A program made the translations under genes and the position numbers. DNA of 64,000 nucleotides from an uncultured bacterium (GTDB lineage Bacteria; Desulfobacterota; Desulfobaccia; Desulfobaccales; 0-14-0-80-60-11). Location: contig CALEAV010000021.1 in the NCBI GenBank assembly GCA_937943575.1, positions 8,120 through 72,119 on the forward strand. Reading direction: 5' to 3'. The notes under the pieces are model-generated. The model saw nothing but the letters and a program-made list of their open reading frames with translations, made no database searches and was not told the origin of the DNA. Of this stretch, positions 1 to 10,264 are shown piece after piece (positions within the stretch are counted from its first letter, which is position 1; each line of letters opens with the position of its first letter).

Positions 1-720
<720 letters not shown>

Positions 721-728
721 ATCTCCTT

Positions 729-2096
729 TTACAAAATATACCGGCTCAGGTCCTCGTCCTCGATGAGGCTGGCCAGACGCTCCCGGACATATTCCGCGGT
801 GATGGTGATGGTCTGTTCGCCCAGGTCGGGGGCGTGGAAGGAGACGTCCTCCAGGAGTTTTTCCATCACGGTGTGCAGGCGCCGGGCGCCGATGTTTTCG
901 GTGCGTTCATTCACCCGGGTGGCCAGGGCGGCCAGCTCCTTCACGGCGTCGGGGGTGAACTCCAGGGTGATGCCCTCGGTGGCCAGCAGGGCCTGGTATT
1001 GTTTGATGAGGGCGTTTTCCGGCTCGGTGAGGATGCGTTCGAATTCCGCCGGCCCCAGGGGGTGGAGTTCCACCCGGATGGGGAAGCGGCCCTGCATCTC
1101 GGGGATGAGGTCCGAGGGTTTGGACATGTGGAAAGCCCCGGAGGCGATGAAGAGGATGTGGTCGGTCTTCACCATGCCGTATTTGGTGGTCACGGTGGTG
1201 CCTTCCACAATGGGGAGCAAATCCCGCTGCACGCCTTCCCGGGAGACGTCCGGTCCCCGGCCGTGGTCCCGGCCCACGATCTTGTCGATCTCATCCAGGA
1301 AGATGATGCCGTGCTGCTCCACCTTGCGGCGGGCCTCCTCCACCACCTTGTCCATGTCGATGAGGCGCTGGGACTCCTCCTGCAGGAGAATCTCCCGGGC
1401 TTCCCGCACCTTCACCCGGCGGGTCTTGGTGCGGCCCGGCAGGAGGTTGCTCAGCATCTCCTTGAAATTGAACTCCAGCTCCTCCAGGCCGGTGCTGGAG
1501 AAGATCTCCACCACGGGGGTGGCCCGCTGGGTGACCTCCAGGTCCACGAAGCGCTCCTCCAGCCTGCCTTCCCGGAGCATCTGCCGGAGGCGCTCCCGGG
1601 TGGTGGAGGCCTCCCCCTCGGCGGCAGGACGGCCCGGCCCCGGGGTGGGCCCGGCGGGCAGAAGCAGCTGCAGCAACCGCTCCTCCACCGCCTCCTCGGC
1701 CTTGGCCCGCACCCGCTCCCGCTCCTCGGCCTTGACCATGCTCACCGCCAGCTCCATCAAGTCCCGCACCATGGACTCCACGTCCCGGCCGACATAGCCC
1801 ACCTCGGTGAACTTGGTGGCCTCGATCTTGAGGAAGGGCGACTGGGCCAGCTTGGCCAGCCGGCGGGCGATCTCGGTCTTCCCCACCCCGGTGGGGCCGA
1901 TCATAATGATGTTTTTAGGGGCGATCTCATCCCGCAGGTGCTCGGGGATCTGCTGGCGCCGCCAGCGGTTCCGCAGGGCAATGGCCACGGATTTCTTGGC
2001 CTCTTCCTGCCCGATGATGTATTTGTCCAATTCCGCCACGATCTCCCGGGGGGTGAGGTGATCCTTGGAGGCGGGGAGGTCATTTTTCCTTTCCAT
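729..2096 (-). CDS. hslU: ATP-dependent protease ATPase subunit HslU
   Basis: ORF 729..2201(-), start trimmed to MERKNDL (ATG 2096). Contains [37 protein letters not shown], Walker [33 protein letters not shown] and the C-terminus EDLSRYIL. Full-length resemblance to AAA+ HslU. Confidence 0.95.
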   Translation of the reverse strand: MERKNDLPASKDHLTPREIVAELDKYIIGQEEAKKSVAIALRNRWRRQQIPEHLRDEIAPKNIIMIGPTGVGKTEIARRLAKLAQSPFLKIEATKFTEVGYVGRDVESMVRDLMELAVSMVKAEERERVRAKAEEAVEERLLQLLLPAGPTPGPGRPAAEGEASTTRERLRQMLREGRLEERFVDLEVTQRATPVVEIFSSTGLEELEFNFKEMLSNLLPGRTKTRRVKVREAREILLQEESQRLIDMDKVVEEARRKVEQHGIIFLDEIDKIVGRDHGRGPDVSREGVQRDLLPIVEGTTVTTKYGMVKTDHILFIASGAFHMSKPSDLIPEMQGRFPIRVELHPLGPAEFERILTEPENALIKQYQALLATEGITLEFTPDAVKELAALATRVNERTENIGARRLHTVMEKLLEDVSFHAPDLGEQTITITAEYVRERLASLIEDEDLSRYIL

Positions 2097-2636
2097 ACGT
2101 TCAGACCTGTTTACCTGTTGTAAGGAACAATCGACTTCTCCTGTTGAAGGCAGGGAAAGCTTCATCCAGCAATCCATCCCTGGAGCTGTGCAATGAGGCA
2201 AATGTCAGCCCGGGAGTCCGCCGCAACAGACTGGCATCCATGCAGAACACCGCTGCACCCTCAGGGCGATCAGGGCGGCCAGAGGCATCCTCAGGGGAGC
2301 CGGCCCGGGAAGAGCGCCGCGGTTCCGGGCGGCCTGGGTCCTAGGTCCCCGGGTATCGCATCTTCCCACCCGTTTTCCCGGCCGGAGGATTTCCCGTTCT
2401 GCCCCAAATGATCCCCGCAAGCTATCAGAAAACCAGGCGCGGCATTGCCCGGAAAGACAGTGACCGCCACCCGGACCGGCTGCCGCCTCCGCCCGGCACC
2501 GCCGGCAGCACCTCGAACCATGGAGGGTCAGCCAGGACAAAAATCAAGCCATATTGTCAGAATTCATTCATTTTATTGACTGACTGCAGTAAATGCCCAC
2601 ATAAAACAGGGTTAATCTAAAGATATTTCAGATATG

Positions 2637-2645
2637 ATTATAGCA
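2637..2645 (-). promoter_or_regulatory. Extended -10 element (TGCTATAAT) downstream of hslV, reading toward hslU
   Basis: The plus strand reads attatagca at 2637..2645, which is TGCTATAAT on the minus strand. It sits inside the AT-rich island 2540..2674. Confidence 0.35.
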
Positions 2646-2674
2646 GCAATCCTCTGATACCACTCTGATAAAAT

Positions 2675-3220
2675 TTACAGCTCCTCGATGACGATTTCTT
2701 TATTGGTATAGACACACAGCGACCCGGCGATGGCCAGGGCCTCCCGGCAGATCTCCGCCGGGCTGAGCTGCGTGTGGGCCAGGAGGGCTTTGGCTGCGGC
2801 CAGGGCGTAGGGCGCCCCGGAGCCGATGGCCATCACGCCTTCGTCCGGCTCGATAACGTCCCCCGTGCCCGTGACCAGGAAGGTGCCCTGGGCGTCCACC
2901 GCCAAAAGCAGCGCCTCCAGGCGCCGCAGAATCTTGTCCGTGCGCCAGTCCTTGGCCAACTCCACCACCGCCCGGGTGAGGTTCCCCTGGTGGGCCTCCA
3001 GTTTGGCCTCCAGGCGCTCAAAGAGGGTGAGCGCGTCCGCCGCGGCCCCGGCAAAGCCCACGATGACCTTGCCGTGATAGAGACGCCGGACTTTTCGGGC
3101 CCGGTGCTTCATCACCATGTCCCCGAGGCTCACCTGGCCGTCGCCGGCCACCGCCACCTTTCCCTCCCGGCGCACCATGAGCACCGTGGTCCCCCGCCAG
3201 TTTTCCGTGTCAGGCTTCAT
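2675..3220 (-). CDS. hslV: ATP-dependent protease peptidase subunit HslV (with ~10-residue N-terminal extension before the catalytic Thr)
   Basis: ORF 2675..3307(-), start trimmed to ATG 3220. Sequence reads [33 protein letters not shown]...[21 protein letters not shown]...[15 protein letters not shown]...[15 protein letters not shown]...[13 protein letters not shown], collinear with HslV/ClpQ. Confidence 0.93.
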   Translation of the reverse strand: MKPDTENWRGTTVLMVRREGKVAVAGDGQVSLGDMVMKHRARKVRRLYHGKVIVGFAGAAADALTLFERLEAKLEAHQGNLTRAVVELAKDWRTDKILRRLEALLLAVDAQGTFLVTGTGDVIEPDEGVMAIGSGAPYALAAAKALLAHTQLSPAEICREALAIAGSLCVYTNKEIVIEEL

Positions 3221-3340
3221 GGTTGGCCTTCGGTCTTGGGAAGGGGGCCAGAGCCCGGGGCCCTTGCCCCTCCCCCCCAGCCTGGCGGGAGGAGGAAGAG
3301 GGCCCAAGGCAGGGCAAAGGGCTCCCCCGCCTCCCCCCGA

Positions 3341-4246
3341 TCACTTACTCCCACCCCGCGGATGGGTGCGGTCGTATTCTGCCATGAGGCGGTCCAGGTC
3401 CAGGTGCAGGTAGCGCTGGGTGCTGGAGATGCTGGCGTGGCCGAGCAATTCCTGTACCGCCCTGAGGTCGGCGCCCCCCTCCAGGAGGTGGGTGGCGAAG
3501 CTGTGCCTGAGGGCGTGGGGGTTGAGCCCTCCCGGCACCCCCGCCTGCCGGGCCCGGGCCGCCACGATGCGGGCCACCCCCCGAGCGCTCAAAGGCCCCC
3601 CCTGCCGGTTGAGGAACAGGGCCGAGGTGGCCATGCCCCGGCGGGCCAACAGCGCCTCCCGGAGCGGCAGGTAGGCGGCCAGGACCTGGCGGGCCGGGCG
3701 GCCCAGAAAGGTCAGCCGCTCCCTGCCCCCCTTGCCCAGGACTTTCAGCACCCCTCGCTCCAGGTCCACGTCCGCCAGGGTCAGCCCCGCCAGCTCCGAC
3801 AATCTCAGGCCCCCGGCGTAAAAGACCTCCAGGATGGCCAGGTCCCGCACCCGGGCAAAATCCCCGCCTTCGGGCCGCCCCAGGAGCTGCACCACCTCAT
3901 CCACGGTCAAAAACCGGGGCAGGGGCTTGTCCAGCTTCGGGGTGGGGGCCAACGCCGCAGGGTTGGTCTCCAGACGCCCCTGGACTTGGAGAAAAGTGAA
4001 AAAGGTCCGGAGGCTGGCAAGTTTGCGGGCCAGGGTGGTTTTGCGGCGCCCCCGGGCCACCTGGGCCAGGTAGGGCCTGAGCTGGCGGTAGGTGGCCAGC
4101 TCCAGGGGCTGGCCCGGGTGGTGTTCCTCCCAGAAGCCCAGAAAGGCCCGCAGATCCGCGGCATAGTTCCGCACCGTGTGGGGCGACAGCTGCCGCTCCA
4201 CCCGCAGATGGGTGAGAAAATCCTCCAGGGCCTTCCAGGCTGGCAC
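3341..4246 (-). CDS. xerC: Tyrosine recombinase XerC/XerD family
   Basis: 301 aa with a GTG start. The N-terminal SAM-like domain reads FLTHLRVERQLSPHTVRNYAADLRAF. The catalytic region contains ...LRLSELAGL...HALRHSFATHLLEGGADLRAVQELLGHASISSTQRYLHL (R..HxxR..Y). The xerC-hslV-hslU order matches the known codV-clpQ-clpY synteny. Confidence 0.88.
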   Translation of the reverse strand: MPAWKALEDFLTHLRVERQLSPHTVRNYAADLRAFLGFWEEHHPGQPLELATYRQLRPYLAQVARGRRKTTLARKLASLRTFFTFLQVQGRLETNPAALAPTPKLDKPLPRFLTVDEVVQLLGRPEGGDFARVRDLAILEVFYAGGLRLSELAGLTLADVDLERGVLKVLGKGGRERLTFLGRPARQVLAAYLPLREALLARRGMATSALFLNRQGGPLSARGVARIVAARARQAGVPGGLNPHALRHSFATHLLEGGADLRAVQELLGHASISSTQRYLHLDLDRLMAEYDRTHPRGGSK

Positions 4247-4476
4247 CCCGATCCGATTCCTTTCCCGCCTTCACCGGCGAGCCGCCTTGCCACTTCGCCC
4301 CTGTCCGGCGCCCCGGGCAGTGCTCCCGACGAGTGGCGGAGAATAAAGATAAAGTTTTTATCTATCACGGGGCGCTGAAAAAGCCAAGAGAGCGCCGGGG
4401 GGAAGGGGGTCGTTCCCTGCACCCTGGACCGCCGGCAGCGCCCGGGGATGTGTCCGCGGCCCGGGGAGGGGTGGGC

Positions 4477-7329
4477 TCAGTGCAGGCGGCGGCGCAAGGC
4501 GGCGGAGACCTGCTGGGAGAGGGTCTCCAGAGGGTAGGGTTTGGGGAGAAAGCTCACCCCGGCCGGCAGGCGCAGGTTTTCCTCCTCGCTGTAGCCGCTG
4601 CACATGAGCACCGGGATGCTGGGGTTGAGGGCCCGGAGCCGCTCCAGGGTCTGGTGGCCGTCCATGCCCGGCATGATCATGTCCAGGAGCACCAGGTCGA
4701 TCTGGCTCCCCTTTTCCCGAAAGAGGGCAACGGCGCTTTCACCGTCCGGCGCCTCCATGACCTGGTAACCCAATTTCTGCAGGAGTTTGGAGGCCACCTT
4801 GCGCAGGAGGGGCTCATCATCCACCACCAGAATGGTGCCCCGGCCGGTGACGATTTCCATCTCCGGCGTGGGCAACACCTGGGCCTGGGCGGCGCTGGCG
4901 GGCAGGAGGACCTCAAAGACCGAGCCTTTTCCCGGCGTGGAGTGCACCCGGATGGCGCCCCGGTGATTCTTGATGATGCGATGGGCCGAGGCCAGCCCCA
5001 GGCCGCTGCCCTGGCCGGGTTCCTTGGTGGTAAAGAAGGGCTCAAACAGATGCCGCATGGTTTCCTGGTCCATGCCGATGCCGGTGTCCTCCACCGTCAG
5101 GACCACATAAGTGCCCGGTTGCGGCGAAAAATGCGGTTCGTCCCAGCGCCGGAGCTCCTCCACCCCGGTGCGGACGATGATGGTGCCTCCCTGGGGCATG
5201 GCCTGCCAGGCATTGATGAGCAGGTTCATGATCACCTGCTGCAACTGGCTCGGATCCGCCTCCACCGCCGGCAGCTGGGGGGCCAGATCCTTGATGACGA
5301 TGAGTTCCCGGCGGGTGCGGGCAAACATGTCGGTGGTGAACTCCACCAGGTTGTTCAAATCCAGGGGCTTCAAGTCGTCGTTGCCCCCGCGGCGGAAGGA
5401 CAGGAGTTTCCGGGTGATCTCCCGGCCGGCCTTCACCTGGCGCTCGATCTCCTTCAGGTCGGCATAGAAGGGATGATCCGGGGTGATCTTGGAGAGCATC
5501 AGGGTGGTGAGCCCGATGATGATCATGAGCAGGTTGTTGAAGTTGTGGGCCAGGCCGCCGGCCAGGGTGGCCACGATCTCCTGCTGCTGGGCCACCTCCA
5601 GTTGCCGCTGCAAGCTGATCTCCTCCGAGATGTTGCTGCTTAAGGCCACCGACCCCGCCACCCGGCCGTTTTCGTCGTAGAGCTTGCGGATGGACAGCCG
5701 GGCCGGCACCCGCTGACCGTTGCGGTGGAGAAACTCCACCTGCCGGTTGATGACCTCCCCCTTCTCCCTGAGCTCCGTCAACACCCCCTGCAATTCCCCC
5801 TCGTTGGCATAGAGGATGGAAAAATGGCGGTCCAGGAGTTCCTCGGGGGAGTAGCCGAATTCCACCGCCACCTGCGGGTTGACGTGGGTGAAGAGGCCCT
5901 GGGCGTTGACCACGCTCATGGCCAGAGGCGCCGCCTCGATGATTTGGTTGAGGAAATGGGTGGTCTGGCTGAGGTCGCGCTGCATCTGTTGGAAGGCCGT
6001 GATATCCCGGGCCACCAGAACGGCACCGCTGAACTTGCCCTGGGTGTCTTGCAGCAAGGTCACGGTGGCCAGAAAGGTGCGGCCCCGATGCTGCCAGTAA
6101 AACTCATGGGGACCCGGGGCGGAGGCCTCCGGACGCGAGGGGAACAAAAGAGAGAAAGGCGCCTCCTCCAGATCGGACATGACCTCGGAGAAGTGCCGGC
6201 CCACCGCCGCCTCGGGAGTCAGCCCCAGATGCCGGGCCGCCGCCTGGTTGATCCGGGTCAGGTGACGCTCGCCATCCATCACCAGGATGAGGTCGGGGAT
6301 GCTGTTGAAGGTGTTCTCCCAGACCACCCGGGACACCGTGTTCTCCTGGAGGCCCGCCGCCATCCGGTTGAGGGTGCGGCCCAGACGGGCCAGCTCATCG
6401 TCACCCTTAAGCCTGACCCGATAGTCCAGGTCACCCCGGTTGAAGGCCTCGGCGGCCTCGGTGAGTTGGCTGAGACCGGTGGTGAGGCCCCGTGCCAGCA
6501 TCAACGCCGCCGCCAGGGCAGCCAGCGCCAACCCCAGGAGCACCACCCCCAGGGAGAGCTTCATCTGCCGGAGTCTGAAGAAGAAGAGCCCCTGGCTTTG
6601 CTGCAGGGCCTTCTCCAGCCCTGCCCGGGCCGGTTCCACCAGCTGGTGGGCCGCCCGCCCCGGGGAGACCGCCACCAGCGTGAGGTGAGGCTCCCCCGGC
6701 CGGGCAGGGGAGAGGGTGACGGCCACCGCCAGCGGGTTCCCGGGCCAGGCAGGAAGCGGCAGCTGTCGCCACTCCGACCCGAGAACCTCGACCTCTTCCA
6801 GCACCGGCGCCAGGAGGGCTTCCCAGACGCCGGGAGGCAGGCCCCCCTCCCGAAGGCCGCCTTTCTCGGCCCTCCGGGCGTGGAAAAGAATGCGGCGACT
6901 GCGGGTATCCACCAGGAAAAGCTCCTCCACCTGATCCCCGGGATGGAGGAGCTGCCCCTCCAGAGCCGGGTCCTGGAGAACCGCCGGCCATCTCTCGGGG
7001 GGATGGGAGGCGAGCCACGCCTGAAGATGGTCGGCGGCATGCCGGACCCAGACCCGCAGCTGCTCTGCCTGCAGGTGGTGCACCTGGCTCTGGACCCTTT
7101 CCCCCACCTCCACCTGAATCTGAAGGAGCGCCGGAGCGAGGTCCCGGTCCAGGCGGTGGGAGAAAAACTCCAGGGCCAGGATGACGCTGAGGGACGGCAG
7201 CAGGCCTGCCAGCAGACCGAAAAGCAGGATGCGGCCCCTAAAGGTGGCTCCCCGAGACCTTCTCCTGGGAGGCTGGCCGCCTCCTTTCGGTTCCGGATGC
7301 TGTCCCCTGTCCACGGAAGTGCCGGTCAT
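4477..7329 (-). CDS. Hybrid sensor histidine kinase (2 TM, HAMP, two PAS-like segments, HisKA, HATPase_c, C-terminal receiver)
   Basis: ORF 4477..7503(-). The upstream 58 codons are low-complexity, so the start is placed at ATG 7329 (MTGTSVDRG); this start is uncertain and has no clear SD. Features: TM RILLFGLLAGLLPSLSVILALEFF; second TM plus HAMP (MLARGLTTGLSQLTEAAEAFNRGDLDYRV); H-box LAGGLAHNFNNLL; N/G boxes VIMNLLINAWQAM and DTGIGMD..GSGLGLA; receiver ILVVDDEP...LVLLDMIMPGMDG. Confidence 0.85.
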   Translation of the reverse strand: MTGTSVDRGQHPEPKGGGQPPRRRSRGATFRGRILLFGLLAGLLPSLSVILALEFFSHRLDRDLAPALLQIQVEVGERVQSQVHHLQAEQLRVWVRHAADHLQAWLASHPPERWPAVLQDPALEGQLLHPGDQVEELFLVDTRSRRILFHARRAEKGGLREGGLPPGVWEALLAPVLEEVEVLGSEWRQLPLPAWPGNPLAVAVTLSPARPGEPHLTLVAVSPGRAAHQLVEPARAGLEKALQQSQGLFFFRLRQMKLSLGVVLLGLALAALAAALMLARGLTTGLSQLTEAAEAFNRGDLDYRVRLKGDDELARLGRTLNRMAAGLQENTVSRVVWENTFNSIPDLILVMDGERHLTRINQAAARHLGLTPEAAVGRHFSEVMSDLEEAPFSLLFPSRPEASAPGPHEFYWQHRGRTFLATVTLLQDTQGKFSGAVLVARDITAFQQMQRDLSQTTHFLNQIIEAAPLAMSVVNAQGLFTHVNPQVAVEFGYSPEELLDRHFSILYANEGELQGVLTELREKGEVINRQVEFLHRNGQRVPARLSIRKLYDENGRVAGSVALSSNISEEISLQRQLEVAQQQEIVATLAGGLAHNFNNLLMIIIGLTTLMLSKITPDHPFYADLKEIERQVKAGREITRKLLSFRRGGNDDLKPLDLNNLVEFTTDMFARTRRELIVIKDLAPQLPAVEADPSQLQQVIMNLLINAWQAMPQGGTIIVRTGVEELRRWDEPHFSPQPGTYVVLTVEDTGIGMDQETMRHLFEPFFTTKEPGQGSGLGLASAHRIIKNHRGAIRVHSTPGKGSVFEVLLPASAAQAQVLPTPEMEIVTGRGTILVVDDEPLLRKVASKLLQKLGYQVMEAPDGESAVALFREKGSQIDLVLLDMIMPGMDGHQTLERLRALNPSIPVLMCSGYSEEENLRLPAGVSFLPKPYPLETLSQQVSAALRRRLH

Positions 7330-7759
7330 CTGCCTGGGATGTGGAGGGGCCGCGGTCCGGGCTCCACCCCGGCCAGCCCGCTGCCCTGCCCCGCCCGGGA
7401 TCCCCAGGAGCCTGGAGCGCCACGGGATCCTCAAGCCGCAGTGCCTGGCGCCCCCTGGGGGAAGGGATCGGCAGCGGCGGGCTGGCCCCGCCCCGGCACG
7501 CACAACCCCGTTTCCCCTCTCTCTCGGCTCCCGCCCCGGGAAACTTTATAAAAATCAGGAGAGAATGAAGAATTGTCGAATATTCCTGAAGAGTTGACCG
7601 TGCCGGCCCCCACCGGGACCGGGCGGACGGCCGGGGGAAGGCGCACACGTCCCCCCCTTGGAGGGCCGAAGCTGCAGGACAGCCATCTTTCCCGGCCCGC
7701 CCCGTGGCGCCGGACCGGAGGGAGGGGCCGGAAAACCGGGCCCGCCCTCCGGGTGCCTG

Positions 7760-8041
7760 TCAATAGGTGAAGACCCGCATCCGGGTGGGGGAGGTGAGGT
7801 AGGTGTCCAGTTCGGCCTGCAGTTTCTGGCGCTCCGGGCTTTTCAGCCACTTCTCCCAGTCCTCCAGGGATTCCCAGGAACTGATCACCAGATAGTAATT
7901 GGGGTCGTCCACCGCATGGAGGGTCTCCCCGGAGATGTAGCCCGGCTGCTGCATGGCCAGCACCCGCATCTGCCGGAGCAGCCGCACGATTTCCTTGACA
8001 TTTTTCCCTTTGATCTCCCGTTCCAGCAGGACCTTGACCAT
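7760..8041 (-). CDS. ABM (antibiotic biosynthesis monooxygenase-like) domain protein
   Basis: ORF 7760..8128(-) trimmed to ATG 8041, which is preceded by GAGGAGG. The 93-aa product MVKVLLEREIKGKN...QQPGYISGETLHAVDDPNYYLVISSWESLEDWEKWLKSPERQKL shows the typical ABM ferredoxin-like fold pattern. Confidence 0.75.
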   Translation of the reverse strand: MVKVLLEREIKGKNVKEIVRLLRQMRVLAMQQPGYISGETLHAVDDPNYYLVISSWESLEDWEKWLKSPERQKLQAELDTYLTSPTRMRVFTY

Positions 8042-8329
8042 AGAACCTCCTCGGACTGCGGCCCCGGGATGGCCCCCGGAGCCCCGCAGTGGGAATTGGC
8101 GGTGCAGCAGGCGCTGGCCGGGAGGCACGGCTGGCGACCACGCCTGCCTGCAGGGGTCATTCTACCTTATTTTTCCCCGGAATTGACCCCTTTTCTCCCG
8201 GGCCGTCCGCCTTGAGAGGGATGGCCGGCTGTGGTATGATGCCTCCAGGAGACCCGGACGGGCACCGGGCCGGCAGAGGGGGTGCGGTCCGTGCAGCCGC
8301 GGCAGGGTCTCCCGGGGGGACGGCGCACC

Positions 8330-9493
8330 ATGGTAAACCTGGGGGAATTGCGGCGGCGGCTCAACCGCGAGGAGGAGGCTTGGCTCTCGCCCCATGCCAC
8401 CAGAAGCTCCCAGGCCCGGCGGCGGCGCTTCGAGGAGCGCATCTCCCGGGGGCACCGCCTGGACTTTGCGGTGGATGCCGACCGCATCCTGCACTCCCGG
8501 GCCTACACCCGCTACATCGACAAGACCCAGGTCTTTTACCTGGTGGAGAATGAGCATATCAGCCACCGGGTCCTGCATGTCCAGCTCCTCTCCAAGATCG
8601 CCCGCACCATCGGCCGCTATCTCAGGCTGAATGAGGACCTCCTGGAGGCCATCGCCCTGGGCCACGACATCGGGCACCCCCCCTTCGGCCACGACGGCGA
8701 GCGCATCCTCTCCGAGCTCTGTGAGGCCCACGGCATCGGCCCCTTTTTGCACAGCCTCCAGGGGGTGCGGTTTCTGGACCGGGTGGAGAAGGGCGGCCGG
8801 GGGCTCAATTTGAGCCTCCAGGTGCTGGACGGCATCCTCTGCCATGACGGTGAAAGCCATCTGGAGCGCCTGGCGCCGGTCCGGGACAAGAGCTTCGACG
8901 ATCTGGAGGCCGAAATCCGCCTCAAGTTGGCCCGCCCGGAGGCCGATCTCAGGCCCATGACCCTGGAGGCCTGCGTGGTGCGCCTGGCGGACACCATCAG
9001 CTATATCGGCCGGGACCTGGAGGACGCCATCATCCTCCACCTGGTGCGCCGGGAGGATCTGCCCCCGCTGGTGGTGGAGCGCCTGGGGGCCACCAACGGC
9101 ACCATCGTCTATAGCCTGGTCACCGACCTCATCGCCCACAGCTTTGAGAAAAATTACGTGGGCTACAGCCCCGAGGTGGGGGAAGCCCTCAAGACCCTCA
9201 AAGACTTCAACTACGAACGCATCTACAACAATCCCCTCATCAAACGGGAGATCGGCAAGATCCAGGACCTCTGCGCCGACCTCTTTGCCCGCTTCCTCAA
9301 GGACGTGCGGGAAAGACGGCGGGACTCCCCCATCTGGCGGGACTTTCTGGACGGCATGGCCCCCGAATACCTCAAGGAGAGCGAGCCCGCCGAGGTGGTA
9401 CGGGATTTCATCGCCTCCATGACCGATGCCAACTTCCTGCGGCAGTGCCAGGAGCTCTTCTTCCCCAAGCCCCTGCCCCTGCGCTTCGCCTGA
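8330..9493 (+). CDS. HD-domain dNTP triphosphohydrolase-like protein (dGTPase family)
   Basis: ORF 8282..9493, start trimmed to ATG 8330. Contains DFAVDADRILHSRAYTRYIDKTQVF, NEHISHRVLHVQLLSKIAR and LGHDIGHPPFGHDGE (HD motif), all typical of the dGTPase-like family. Confidence 0.85.
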   Translation: MVNLGELRRRLNREEEAWLSPHATRSSQARRRRFEERISRGHRLDFAVDADRILHSRAYTRYIDKTQVFYLVENEHISHRVLHVQLLSKIARTIGRYLRLNEDLLEAIALGHDIGHPPFGHDGERILSELCEAHGIGPFLHSLQGVRFLDRVEKGGRGLNLSLQVLDGILCHDGESHLERLAPVRDKSFDDLEAEIRLKLARPEADLRPMTLEACVVRLADTISYIGRDLEDAIILHLVRREDLPPLVVERLGATNGTIVYSLVTDLIAHSFEKNYVGYSPEVGEALKTLKDFNYERIYNNPLIKREIGKIQDLCADLFARFLKDVRERRRDSPIWRDFLDGMAPEYLKESEPAEVVRDFIASMTDANFLRQCQELFFPKPLPLRFA

Positions 9494-9501
9494 GGTGGCC
9501 C

Positions 9502-10263
9502 ATGCGGGTGATGACCTTCAACCTGCGCTTCGCCAACCCGGCCGACGGCCCCAATCACTGGGAATACCGCAAAGAACTGGTGGTGGAGGTCATCCTCACC
9601 CACGCCCCGGACCTTTTGGCCACCCAGGAGGGCACGGTGCCCCAGCTGGAATACCTGGCGGCGCACCTCCCCGGCTACCTCCCCCTCACCGCCCACCGGG
9701 AGGTGGATGTCACCTGCCAGTACCCCACCATCTTTTACCGCAGCGCCGCCCTCATCGCCGGGGAGAGCGATGAATTCTGGCTGTCCTTGACGCCGCGCAT
9801 CCACCGCAGCCTCAGCTGGGACAGCGCCTTCCCCCGCATGGTCACCTTCGGTCTCTTTCAGGAGCGGGGCCGGGAGCTTCAGTTTCTCTTTCTGGACACC
9901 CACCTGGACCATGTCTCCAAAGAGGCCCGCCTCATGGGCTCCCGCATGATCCGGGAGTATTTTTTCGGCCTGGGCCGCCCCCTCATCCTGGCGGGGGATT
10001 TCAACGAGCCCCCGGACGCCCCGGTCTACCGGGAACTGACCGGCCCCGGCAGTCCCCTGGTGGATTCCTGGCGGATGCTCCACGCCCCGGGGGATGACCC
10101 CACCACCCAGCATCAGTTTGACGGCCAGCCCCGGGGCAGCCGCATCGACTGGATCCTGGTGAGCCCCCCCTTCCGGGTGACCGGGGCCTGGATTCTCCAC
10201 GATCACAAGGATGGGCGCTATCCTTCGGACCATTTTCCCTATCTCATCGAGGTGACCTATTGA
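9502..10263 (+). CDS. Endonuclease/exonuclease/phosphatase (EEP) family protein
   Basis: ORF 9445..10263 trimmed to ATG 9502 (GAGGTGG SD). Contains MRVMTFNLRFANPADGPNHWEYRKELV...LLATQEG...DTHLDH...ILAGDFNE...RIDWILVS...SDHFPY, the canonical EEP motif order. Confidence 0.85.
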   Translation: MRVMTFNLRFANPADGPNHWEYRKELVVEVILTHAPDLLATQEGTVPQLEYLAAHLPGYLPLTAHREVDVTCQYPTIFYRSAALIAGESDEFWLSLTPRIHRSLSWDSAFPRMVTFGLFQERGRELQFLFLDTHLDHVSKEARLMGSRMIREYFFGLGRPLILAGDFNEPPDAPVYRELTGPGSPLVDSWRMLHAPGDDPTTQHQFDGQPRGSRIDWILVSPPFRVTGAWILHDHKDGRYPSDHFPYLIEVTY

Positions 10264-10264
10264 C

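Noticed and set aside
2097-2674. RNase P RNA, tmRNA, SRP RNA, a tRNA or a chromosome dif site hidden in the hslV-hslU spacer. I applied the same RNA-gene checks to 14927..15901.
   Set aside because: I could not find the conserved RNase P blocks (GGAAAGUCCGGGC, GGUAAAC..., ACAGAACCCGGCUUA). The tmRNA 5' GGGG...UUCGAC and 3' T-arm/CCA, and the SRP GGAA-tetraloop motif context, are also missing. No tRNA-like T-arm (GGTTCGAATCC) is present. No XerC/XerD-type 11-6-11 dif pattern is evident in the AT-rich island. This was an inspection by eye only; an Infernal scan is still advisable.
3341-4246. Tyrosine recombinase as a possible integrase marking a mobile element or genomic island.
   Set aside because: It sits in the conserved xerC-hslV-hslU (codV-clpQ-clpY) arrangement and has XerC-like N- and C-terminal motifs. 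There are no flanking direct repeats, tRNA gene or cargo genes. It is a housekeeping chromosome-dimer resolvase.
8330-10263. HD dGTPase-like gene followed 9 nt later by an EEP nuclease/phosphatase, considered as a possible dNTP-depletion anti-phage defence pair.
   Set aside because: dGTPase-like HD proteins of this size are common housekeeping genes. The block continues into an L,D-transpeptidase and envelope proteins with no other defence-island hallmarks. I have no evidence beyond adjacency.
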